Shown one piece after another: positions 16,716 through 25,562 of a stretch of 64,000 nucleotides of DNA (within the stretch, counting starts at the first letter, position 1; every line of letters begins with the position of its first letter). The notes beneath the pieces are model-generated. The model saw only the letters and a program-made list of their open reading frames with translations, made no database searches and was not told where the DNA came from. Both the position numbers and the translations under genes were made by a program. Source of the DNA: a virus (taxonomy: Duplodnaviria > Caudoviricetes); the IMG/VR virus record IMGVR_UViG_3300025087_000689. One strand, 5' to 3'.

Positions 16716-17516
16716 ATGGCTGAAGATCAACGTATTATCGATCAAGTTAAAAGAGAGAAAGCTGAGTTTGAAAAAACAGTAGAAACTGAAGCAATTCAAA
16801 CTCAAAAGGAATTAATCAATCAAGATGAACTTCTACCTGTAACCCAAATTGGACAGAAGAATGTTCTGAATCTATTTAAAGATTATTACCCCCCCGAAGC
16901 ACTTGAACATATGAGTATTGAACCAGCAAAGGTTGAAGCTTTGGCCGGTGCTTTAAAAACAATGGTTAGAAATGTTATAAAGACCTCTAATCCTATTATA
17001 TGTCTTGCTCAGAAATGTTATGCAGCTGAACGATGTCCCATTCAAAAGGCTGGTGTGGCTCCAACGAGTCATAGTTGTCCAATTGAACTTATGTTAATAG
17101 ATCAATGGGAATATGATTATATTGATGATCTTGGTGTTGATAAACAATCTAAAGTTGAGATCGATCTAGTAAGGGATATGGTTGAATCAGATCTTATAGA
17201 CTGGCGTGCATCACATGAATTGGCTAGAGGTGGACTCTTTGATTGGAATGCGATAGGAATGACGGAAGATGGTAAACCTATCTATCGTAAAGAAGAGGCC
17301 GTGGCCATCGGTATTAAACTTAAGTTTAAAGCCAGGAAGGATCGTATACGTGAAGATCTAATGGCCACTCGAAAGATGCGTGCTAAGTTTGGTTTAGCTA
17401 AGACTATGGATCCATCTAAATTTGCAGCTGCGTTACAGGATCGTTATAATGCTATTAAGAAAGCTGAAATTATAGATGAAGATCCAATTGAAGAGATGCA
17501 TGAGGAGCACGAGTAA
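16716..17516 (+). CDS. Cys-cluster protein; terminase small subunit candidate
   Basis: C..C...CP...CP.E cluster, helical body, upstream of TerL; assignment is positional only. Confidence 0.35.
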   Translation: MAEDQRIIDQVKREKAEFEKTVETEAIQTQKELINQDELLPVTQIGQKNVLNLFKDYYPPEALEHMSIEPAKVEALAGALKTMVRNVIKTSNPIICLAQKCYAAERCPIQKAGVAPTSHSCPIELMLIDQWEYDYIDDLGVDKQSKVEIDLVRDMVESDLIDWRASHELARGGLFDWNAIGMTEDGKPIYRKEEAVAIGIKLKFKARKDRIREDLMATRKMRAKFGLAKTMDPSKFAAALQDRYNAIKKAEIIDEDPIEEMHEEHE

Positions 17517-17983
17517 TGGGGAATCTTTTTACATCTTTACTAAAATCTGGAGTTAAAAAAATAACCCCAAAGGTTGCAAGTATACGTAGTTGGGCTAATA
17601 AAACAACTGAATCATTTTCAAAAATAACCAAAACAAAAGTACAATCTGGTAAATTAAATTTTGAATCTAATAAATTTCAAGGTGTCTTTTTTGCGACACC
17701 CACTGGTAAATTTCTTAGTGGTGCCGGAAGACTTGGAAGAAGTCTTGGCAAAGCCAGTATAGGTGTTATAAAAACTGGAATGAAGGTATCTACATTTGGA
17801 CTAGTTCCACATGCTTTAACTTTGGGAGCTTTAGGTACAGGTGTTGCATATGGAGCTGGTAGAGCTATTATTAATAGATCGAATGAACGAACTATGAATA
17901 TGGCTAATAAAGGTATGTCACCGAATAATTTAGGTACTGACGGGTTAACTTTAGCATTATCGAAGAGGCGTCATCGTGGCTAA
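17516..17983 (+). CDS. Basic Gly-rich protein with hydrophobic segment
   Basis: Track ORF, coupled. Confidence 0.65.
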   Translation: MGNLFTSLLKSGVKKITPKVASIRSWANKTTESFSKITKTKVQSGKLNFESNKFQGVFFATPTGKFLSGAGRLGRSLGKASIGVIKTGMKVSTFGLVPHALTLGALGTGVAYGAGRAIINRSNERTMNMANKGMSPNNLGTDGLTLALSKRRHRG

Positions 17984-18881
17984 TTATTATCAATCTCCAG
18001 AAATGGAACGGCCATCTATATCACAAGAACTCTTTGGTTCTCCTCTTAAAGCCCAATGGACATTACAAAAAGCATCTATGTATGCCACCGCTCTGACGCC
18101 TGGTATGTGGAATAAGGTTATGACTGGGCATGGAATTAGATGGGGTGGTGTTGTTGGTTTTCGCGGTATTGCTCTTGGTGAAAAAGGATTAGGTACTGGT
18201 GCGGTTGGTATGAGGACCCTATCACCTGCCAAACTAATTCAACACGCTATCGGTATATTTAGTCCAGATAAAGCTCAACAATTTTCAAAATATGGTTTAT
18301 TTGGTAGATCAGAAGGATCATTAGGTGCTATTGGTAGATTTTTAGGCGGTGGTGTTATAGAAAGTACAAAATTTATAGAGACCAATGGTCCTTTGCATTT
18401 TCGTGTTACACCAAATGAAGAATTGATTCGTAAGAGGGCAAATAAAATATGGAGAAAAGGTCTTGGTGGTACTCCACAAGAACATTGGTTTGCCGCTCAA
18501 GAACAAATAAATAAAGAAACCAATATAATAATTAAAAAAGGAATGAAAAATATTACCAAACGTAATATTGTGAGAAAAATAGCGAGAGTTGGAAAATTTG
18601 CGTCATGGGCTGGAGCGGCTTCAATAGCATTTGATATAGGTACAGCGGTTGGAGGATTAGCTGTTAATGCCATGGCATCTACAGCTGAGAGATTAGAAAA
18701 AACTATGAGTAACATAATAAATAGAAAGATGGAATTTGGCGGAAAAGTTGGCGTTGGTTTCTATAGTGGGCGGTCTGGAACAGAAAGACAACGTGCACTT
18801 TCAGCTATAGGTAAAGGTTATAATGGAAGTCCTGGTTTTGGAAATGAAGCTGGAATGCAACATGTCGATAGCACCTGGTAG
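17976..18881 (+). CDS. Basic Gly/Ala-rich protein; ejection or pilot protein candidate
   Basis: GTG start; AAASIAFDIGTAVGGLAVNAM helix. Confidence 0.6.
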   Translation: MANYYQSPEMERPSISQELFGSPLKAQWTLQKASMYATALTPGMWNKVMTGHGIRWGGVVGFRGIALGEKGLGTGAVGMRTLSPAKLIQHAIGIFSPDKAQQFSKYGLFGRSEGSLGAIGRFLGGGVIESTKFIETNGPLHFRVTPNEELIRKRANKIWRKGLGGTPQEHWFAAQEQINKETNIIIKKGMKNITKRNIVRKIARVGKFASWAGAASIAFDIGTAVGGLAVNAMASTAERLEKTMSNIINRKMEFGGKVGVGFYSGRSGTERQRALSAIGKGYNGSPGFGNEAGMQHVDSTW

Positions 18882-18891
18882 TTTAAAGTAT

Positions 18892-18920
18892 TTGAATTCA
18901 AATACTTAAGAAAGTATAAT
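18892..18920 (+). promoter_or_regulatory. Promoter TTGAAT-17-TATAAT, probably giving a leaderless TerL mRNA
   Basis: ATG lies 6 nt after the -10 box; no SD. Confidence 0.7.
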
Positions 18921-18926
18921 ATAAGT

Positions 18927-21900
18927 ATGAAAGCTAAAGAGAAAAAAGATTTATTAATTAAGGGTTTTACCCCTGATGAGATACAACAATTAGAGATACA
19001 ACAAAGTCCTTCTCTTTGGGCTGAAACATATTTATATGATCCCGAAAAACCAGGTAAATCATTACAATTGAGATCATATCAAAAAGATATATTAGAATGC
19101 AAAAGTAAAAAGAAGGTACTAAGATTAGGTCGAAGATCAGGGAAAAGTATTTGTTTGTGTATTGAATCTTTATACAAAGCTTTTATAACTGAAAATACCA
19201 GAGTTCTTATTTGCACACCTTATAAAATTCAGACCAGAAACTTATGGAAAGATGGTTTTCAGAAATTAATTAAAGGTAATAAACTTCTTGAGAGTTCTAT
19301 AATTAGAATGGGACAAAATCCCTATCTTATTGAATTTAAAAATGGTGCCAGAATAATGGGATTAACTGCTGGTTCTTCTACTGGAAATAAGGGTGGATCT
19401 ATTAGAGGTTCATCTGCTGATCATTTAATAATGGATGAGATTGATTACATGGGTGAAGAAGCAATCCAATCTATTATGGCTATTACCGCCACAAATAAAA
19501 ACACAACTCTAACTATATCATCTACACCAACTGGTAGACGAGAATTCTTTTATAATGCGTGTACAAATAAAAATTTAGGGTTCCAGGAATTTTATTTTCC
19601 ATCATCTTCAAGTCCTGAATGGACATCTATAGAACAAGCAAAAAAACTAGGATTACCTCTGCATGAATCGCAAGAATACGTATTTAGAAATATGTATCCC
19701 GAAGATGTTTTTATTAGAGAGTATATGGCCGTTTTTGGTGAAGAATCTCAAGGGGTTTTTAAACACAAATACATCGACGCGGCTTTAGTGAAATATGATC
19801 CTGATAGCGAAGTAGCCGATTCTATGGGTTTTAAATGGTTCTGTGGGGCTGAACAGAATGAGGATAATCTATATTCGATGGGTGTTGATTGGAATGGCAC
19901 AAAGGTTGGAACTCAAATAGTTATTACAGAATATTGCCGAGTATCAACTAATGTTAATTATGTTATAGAAGATGATAATGGAAAAACGATAAAACAAACA
20001 TCAACAGTTATTAAAAAATATAGAGTGTTTTATCGTGAATCTGTGTCAATGGAAGAAATGACGCAATTAGAATCAATACATAGAATTATAGAACTAACGA
20101 AGAAATTCAAGATAGATCATATATATGTTGATAATGGTTTTGGAACTTGTGTTGCCCCGGATACATTGATATATACAAATAGAGGGGTTAAACCAATTTC
20201 AAATATAATCATCGGCGATTTAGTTATGACGAAAAATGGAACATTTGAAAGAGTTTTGGATACAATAACTAGAAAAGATATTAAAGACTCATATAAATTA
20301 ATTCCATCTAAATGTTTAGCAACAACTGCAAGTTTTTGTCATCCTTTTTTAACTTATAGAAGTTCTAATAGATTTAAAGATAAAAATATTAATGAGGGAA
20401 ATTTAGTTTGGAGGCAGTGTTCTGAAATAGATATAAAAAAAGATTTTATAGCGATTAGTAAGACAAAAAACCTGGAAAATAAAACAAGTGATATTATTGA
20501 TCTTTATCAATTATTAAAAAATGTACAAGGATTAAAGCACGATAAAATGAATATATGGTTAAGTTCATCATATAAAATAAAAGATCGAAATTATTTAAGT
20601 GCTTATGAATTAAGTAAAATATGTTCCACTTCTAAAATTATGATAACCAGAATTCGTAGTAAACTAAGAAATAAGTTAAAGTTAACAGAACATCAAATGA
20701 GGATATATAAGAAAAATAAAAACGCTCTTAATGTTTTACCGGAAATAATAAAACTTCCCAGATATATCGATATATTATCTGAAGATTTCCAACGAATTTA
20801 TGGTTGGTTTTTGTCTGAAGGTAATTGTAATACTAATAGTATTGAAATATCTCAAAAAGTTGGAAATCACACTGAAGAGATTAATAGTTTAAAAAAATCA
20901 ATTTCTAACATTTTTGGATACTCTTTTTTATCTGAATATATAAAAAAAGAAGTTAGACGAATTGTTATTAGTTCAAAATTAATTTCTATTATTTTTGAGA
21001 CTCTTGGTGGTAAATATTGTTATAATAAATTCATTCATCCTGAATTTATGAAACATCCGAAATCATTAGGTGTATTTTTTAATTCGATAATATTAGGAGA
21101 TGGTAGTAAGGTTAAGAATAAAATTGGATATTGTATTAGTTTAACTAGTTCATCATTAATATTTCAATTAAGACAAATATTAATAGATAATGGAATTCTT
21201 CCATCTATTAATTTTTTAGGGAAAAGAAGTAAAGAACATAATGATCAATGGTTACTTCAAATATTCGGAACCTTTGAAATAATGAAAAAATTCAATAATT
21301 TTACCAAATTACCTTTAAAAAATACGGAAAGAAAAACTAGAAACAAATATATAGAAATTGATAATTATTTTTTAGTCCCCATAAGAAAATTAGAAAAAAT
21401 TGAATCTTGTTCCGGTCTTGTTGATATTAAAGTCGATAACGAACACAGTTTTTGTGGCAATGGAGTAGTTCTACATAATACGAATATCGAAGAGTTAAAA
21501 TTATACGGTAAGAAATTTCCTGAATCTGATATGAATCGTAAACTAGTTGCAATAGATTTTGCCAGTAAGATATCTATTTTTGATCCTTATTCTAAAGAAG
21601 AAGTGGATAAGGCGATGAAACCTTTTACAGTAAATAATGCTGTAACTTGTCTCGAAAGAGGAGAATTAATTCTTCCTGATATTGAAGATGAAAAAGTAAA
21701 ATTGATTGGTCAAATGAGAGAATATAGAATTGAGAAAATTAGTACTTTAGGAATACCAAGATATTCCGAAGACAACGATCATATTCTAGATGCTTTCATG
21801 CTTTCTCTTCTAGCATTTCAGATGGAATATAGTACCTTAATACGACTGGCACACACCAGTCAGATAGCTATATCTAATAAACCTACTCTTCTTATGCGTG

Positions 21901-22139
21901 GACTTAGTGAAGTCCAAGACAGAACTACATCATTGAAGAAAGATAAGTTGCAAGAAATGGGTGTTCCTAAGAGACAACCTGCATTTGGTACTGAGAAGTA
22001 TCATTCGGATAGTCGTGGTGGTCATATGGATTACGAAGACTTATATAAAACGTCTCCGACTACATCGACTCCATTTACCGGACAACCATTGAGATCATCC
22101 TGGAATAAAATAAACGCTCCAACCCGGACTAATTTTTAA
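18927..22139 (+). CDS. terL: Terminase large subunit containing an intein
   Basis: LRSYQ (Q motif), GRRSGKS Walker A, LIMDE Walker B, STP, SMGVDW and YVDNGFG nuclease motifs, DHILDA. Confidence 0.95.
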   Translation: MKAKEKKDLLIKGFTPDEIQQLEIQQSPSLWAETYLYDPEKPGKSLQLRSYQKDILECKSKKKVLRLGRRSGKSICLCIESLYKAFITENTRVLICTPYKIQTRNLWKDGFQKLIKGNKLLESSIIRMGQNPYLIEFKNGARIMGLTAGSSTGNKGGSIRGSSADHLIMDEIDYMGEEAIQSIMAITATNKNTTLTISSTPTGRREFFYNACTNKNLGFQEFYFPSSSSPEWTSIEQAKKLGLPLHESQEYVFRNMYPEDVFIREYMAVFGEESQGVFKHKYIDAALVKYDPDSEVADSMGFKWFCGAEQNEDNLYSMGVDWNGTKVGTQIVITEYCRVSTNVNYVIEDDNGKTIKQTSTVIKKYRVFYRESVSMEEMTQLESIHRIIELTKKFKIDHIYVDNGFGTCVAPDTLIYTNRGVKPISNIIIGDLVMTKNGTFERVLDTITRKDIKDSYKLIPSKCLATTASFCHPFLTYRSSNRFKDKNINEGNLVWRQCSEIDIKKDFIAISKTKNLENKTSDIIDLYQLLKNVQGLKHDKMNIWLSSSYKIKDRNYLSAYELSKICSTSKIMITRIRSKLRNKLKLTEHQMRIYKKNKNALNVLPEIIKLPRYIDILSEDFQRIYGWFLSEGNCNTNSIEISQKVGNHTEEINSLKKSISNIFGYSFLSEYIKKEVRRIVISSKLISIIFETLGGKYCYNKFIHPEFMKHPKSLGVFFNSIILGDGSKVKNKIGYCISLTSSSLIFQLRQILIDNGILPSINFLGKRSKEHNDQWLLQIFGTFEIMKKFNNFTKLPLKNTERKTRNKYIEIDNYFLVPIRKLEKIESCSGLVDIKVDNEHSFCGNGVVLHNTNIEELKLYGKKFPESDMNRKLVAIDFASKISIFDPYSKEEVDKAMKPFTVNNAVTCLERGELILPDIEDEKVKLIGQMREYRIEKISTLGIPRYSEDNDHILDAFMLSLLAFQMEYSTLIRLAHTSQIAISNKPTLLMRGLSEVQDRTTSLKKDKLQEMGVPKRQPAFGTEKYHSDSRGGHMDYEDLYKTSPTTSTPFTGQPLRSSWNKINAPTRTNF
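20148..21479 (+). mobile_element. Intein (444 aa) with LAGLIDADG endonuclease in TerL
   Basis: CVAPDT N-terminus, HPF block B, GWFLSEG and LGDG motifs, VDIKVDNEHSF..VLHN followed by Thr. Confidence 0.92.
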
Positions 22140-22153
22140 TATAGGATTAACAG

Positions 22154-23605
22154 ATGGCTGAAAATGTATTTTCACGATACGGTGGTAAAGTTAGATATAC
22201 TCCCGATAGAGTTCAGAGTGATATTACTACGCCTTATGAGTATACTGATGAAGACCAAGTTCGTAATTTAGGACTACAGAGAGATCTTACTGCCGCGAAT
22301 CTTCTAGAGAATGATATTCTTCTAGATATGCTAGATGCGGCTATCGATGAACAGATGAAAGATTTTGCTCTTACTGTTCCCGAGTTGGCTGAAGCCGCGT
22401 CCAGTTTATGTGGAAGTATCACTGTTACTTGGGAATGTTATAAAAAAGCCAAGGAACTCCTTAGGATAGCTCCATGGATAGCATATGGTTATGATCCGGT
22501 ACAACTCACCTTTACAGATAAATTTATCAAGAGAAAAGGTAATGTGGTATTCGATTGTAAAAATTTCGACCCAGATAGGTTCCAAACTATTCAAAATTTA
22601 GATGCTGATATAGATGCAACTCTTGGCACCGATTCAGATGTCAATACTGAAACACCAAGTGAAATTGAAAAGAAAGCCAGAGAGAATCAAAAGAAGTGGG
22701 CTTTACTTGTGTTGTTTTGGGATTTGTTATGGGGAAAACCAGAAGTAAAACCAGGTATTCCAGATGACGACGCTAGAAAACAAAGTATCGATGCTATTAA
22801 TGAAGATATTCAGAAGTTAAGAGTTCAAAGTTTTGATATATCCTTAGTTGGAAAAGAACCAAAATATACAACAGCACAAAGAAAAGAATTTGGTCTTCAA
22901 GCAGACGCATTAGCAAGAGGATTAGCTAAGTCAGAAAGTATGCCTAATACCATAATGCTGGATAGACCAAAGATTGTCAGTCAGTTACAATGGCAAGGAA
23001 GGACAGGTATTCTTCCATACAATCTAAAAGCAATTAATGGTATTCAATCATATGAGATTAAAAAAGATCCCGCAGCCATACCAACAGAACCTTGGAATGA
23101 AAATGCTTGTGCTGTTTGGGTTGATTTTCGTTCGTTCTTTACAGCCACTGATAATTATAAAGATAAGAGTATTCCCGCAATTAAAAGTGGATTTATTCTA
23201 TCTATACTTGTTGGATTTCTTGGTCTAGTTCCAAAGACTGTTTTTTATTTTATTAAGGCAAGAGTTGAATTTTTAGGTTTAATTAAATGGATGAAAGTTA
23301 AAAAATATCCTCTTGTTGGGAGAATTTTTAAGCCTATCTATACGGCACTTAAGTTTATTATAGATATAATTACGGCGATACCAGTGGCGATAAGTACTAT
23401 CTTTCTTGAGATATGTATTTGGTTAGCTATGCTACCCAAACATCATATACCAAATATGTCAGATATAGAAGAAATATATATATCAGATACTGGATTGAAA
23501 CAGGATATGGAAGTCGAACCAACTCCAGCCGGATTCATATCTATGGATTGTTTTGAAAATGCTCAAGCGATACTTAATAGAGTTAATCAAGAAGCGGTGA
23601 ATTAA
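22154..23605 (+). CDS. Large hypothetical protein with long hydrophobic segment
   Basis: 483-aa ORF; AGGA SD. Confidence 0.75.
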   Translation: MAENVFSRYGGKVRYTPDRVQSDITTPYEYTDEDQVRNLGLQRDLTAANLLENDILLDMLDAAIDEQMKDFALTVPELAEAASSLCGSITVTWECYKKAKELLRIAPWIAYGYDPVQLTFTDKFIKRKGNVVFDCKNFDPDRFQTIQNLDADIDATLGTDSDVNTETPSEIEKKARENQKKWALLVLFWDLLWGKPEVKPGIPDDDARKQSIDAINEDIQKLRVQSFDISLVGKEPKYTTAQRKEFGLQADALARGLAKSESMPNTIMLDRPKIVSQLQWQGRTGILPYNLKAINGIQSYEIKKDPAAIPTEPWNENACAVWVDFRSFFTATDNYKDKSIPAIKSGFILSILVGFLGLVPKTVFYFIKARVEFLGLIKWMKVKKYPLVGRIFKPIYTALKFIIDIITAIPVAISTIFLEICIWLAMLPKHHIPNMSDIEEIYISDTGLKQDMEVEPTPAGFISMDCFENAQAILNRVNQEAVN

Positions 23606-23808
23606 TGTTTAATAAACAAGCCATAATAATTAAACAAATGGTGGATAATGCCAGAGAACAACAGGAAGCAATGAAATATGCTTTCTATTCAATTGATAAT
23701 TCTGAAGGTGCTCAACTTTTAATGGATAATACAAGGAGTAGAGGATTTTTTCGAGCCAGATATCTAAATCCAGATGCACTAGCTTTAAGAAATTCAATAT
23801 TTAAATAA
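23605..23808 (+). CDS. Small hypothetical protein
   Basis: Track ORF, coupled TAATG. Confidence 0.6.
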   Translation: MFNKQAIIIKQMVDNAREQQEAMKYAFYSIDNSEGAQLLMDNTRSRGFFRARYLNPDALALRNSIFK

Positions 23809-23809
23809 T

Positions 23810-25561
23810 ATGGCTGATTCCTTTGATGAAAGTAAGAGACAAGAATCTGAAGACGCTATAGAGCGTAAAGTTGATTATTTAGAAGCTCTAGGTAGAGATC
23901 AACTTGGTTCTTACGATAGAGCTCAAAAGAGAGCATATGATAATGCTCTTCCTGATGACCAATTTGCACTTGTTCCAGGAGTTGGTGTAGCTGGAAATGC
24001 CCTTAATATTGGAAAACGTTCAGACTATCAATGGATACAAAAAGTTAGGAATATAGCGGCTATTGAATTCGAAAATCAACGTAAGAATGAATTAAACGAA
24101 TTGCAAGCAGCGTATAATCTAAAAACAGCCCCAACCAGTCCTATCGGACAATTTACCGATATACCTGTAAGAATTACTGACGCTCTTGGCAGAGATATTG
24201 GAGCGTCGTTTAGTAGAAGTAGAAATGATTTTGCTAGTGGAGTTGCGTCTGTTTTTGGTCAAAGTGGATCTATAGCTCCTGTTGTTGATACAGCTGATCG
24301 ATATGTTAGAGCGGCAATTGATGATGTTACTAAGATTATAACAGAGTCTCCTTGGATTGAAAAAAGAATAAAGAGTTTGAAAGATAAGGCTAATAAACCT
24401 TTAAATCTTCCGGATGTTAATAGTTTTCTGGGTGGTGTAAATAATGTTTTCGCAACACATTTTAGAAAAGTAATGGGGGATCTTGGTGATATTTTAAATG
24501 AATGGTGGCATGATCCTAGAACACTCTGTTGTTTGATAAAAACTCTTGCGGCATTAGCTCTTGCGACAGGAAAGAAAATAGGTAATGAAACAGGTTTGTA
24601 TGAACCTGACGCTGGAAGTTTTGGTGCCACATATAATAAGATAGTTAAGAAGTACTTTACAGGAAACGCAAAGTTTAGTGAGTTAACAGGAACTAGAGAT
24701 TTCTTTGATAAAATGATCGCAATTTTAAAGATCATACGTAATTTTTTAAATCAGGATCTAAATTTCAACTTTGCTTTAAATCTTGATTTAGGTTTATCTA
24801 TGAGTAAGGCCAGTATTGGTGCTCTTATGGCTCTTCTAACTGCGTTACAGCAAATGTTAGAAGATAAGATCTATACTAAGATGATGGAGATTACTAAGAA
24901 GTATGTTCGCGAAGAAATAAGACAGTGTATACCTTTTGAGAAGTTACTGCGACTTTTAGCAGATTGGATGACAGGACCAGATGGTCTTTTTAAATATATA
25001 GAACAGTTTGTGGATGCTTATATGATTGGATTCGCCCAAAATATGCAATATGGATTCGATCAATCAGCTAAGAATAAAATGATGGATCTCGCAGCTCTTG
25101 ATAAGTTAATTGCCTTATTAGAAAAACTCAGAGATTCGATGTTGAATCTCGAGTTGTGTATTGAAGCAGATTTTAGTAAAACACCAGAATTAAGTGATGA
25201 TGGAATGAATAGTGAGAAGACGGTCGGGATGGGACCAACAAATTACTCTGGACTTGTAGATCAGATCCAAGGTAAAAAACCAATAGGAAATAATATAGTA
25301 TATCCAACAGATAGAGAAATAATGGCTTTCATTACTGGACCACTAGGTGAAAGCCAAGCATTTGCCACACAAGTACTAACATCAGCTAAACTGGTGTCAG
25401 ACGTTAATGTTGGACGTGCGGCTGGTTCTCCAGACAATCAGGGAGCTGGGACAGCAGGCACGGATGGAATAAGTATGGCAATTGGAGATTGTGCGAGAAC
25501 GGTTAATCCAACACGTCTCGAAGAAATCGCTAGATTAGTGGCAGATTGGGACATAATATAA
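23810..25561 (+). CDS. Large helical hypothetical protein
   Basis: 583-aa ORF between TerL and portal. Confidence 0.75.
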   Translation: MADSFDESKRQESEDAIERKVDYLEALGRDQLGSYDRAQKRAYDNALPDDQFALVPGVGVAGNALNIGKRSDYQWIQKVRNIAAIEFENQRKNELNELQAAYNLKTAPTSPIGQFTDIPVRITDALGRDIGASFSRSRNDFASGVASVFGQSGSIAPVVDTADRYVRAAIDDVTKIITESPWIEKRIKSLKDKANKPLNLPDVNSFLGGVNNVFATHFRKVMGDLGDILNEWWHDPRTLCCLIKTLAALALATGKKIGNETGLYEPDAGSFGATYNKIVKKYFTGNAKFSELTGTRDFFDKMIAILKIIRNFLNQDLNFNFALNLDLGLSMSKASIGALMALLTALQQMLEDKIYTKMMEITKKYVREEIRQCIPFEKLLRLLADWMTGPDGLFKYIEQFVDAYMIGFAQNMQYGFDQSAKNKMMDLAALDKLIALLEKLRDSMLNLELCIEADFSKTPELSDDGMNSEKTVGMGPTNYSGLVDQIQGKKPIGNNIVYPTDREIMAFITGPLGESQAFATQVLTSAKLVSDVNVGRAAGSPDNQGAGTAGTDGISMAIGDCARTVNPTRLEEIARLVADWDII

Positions 25562-25562
25562 T

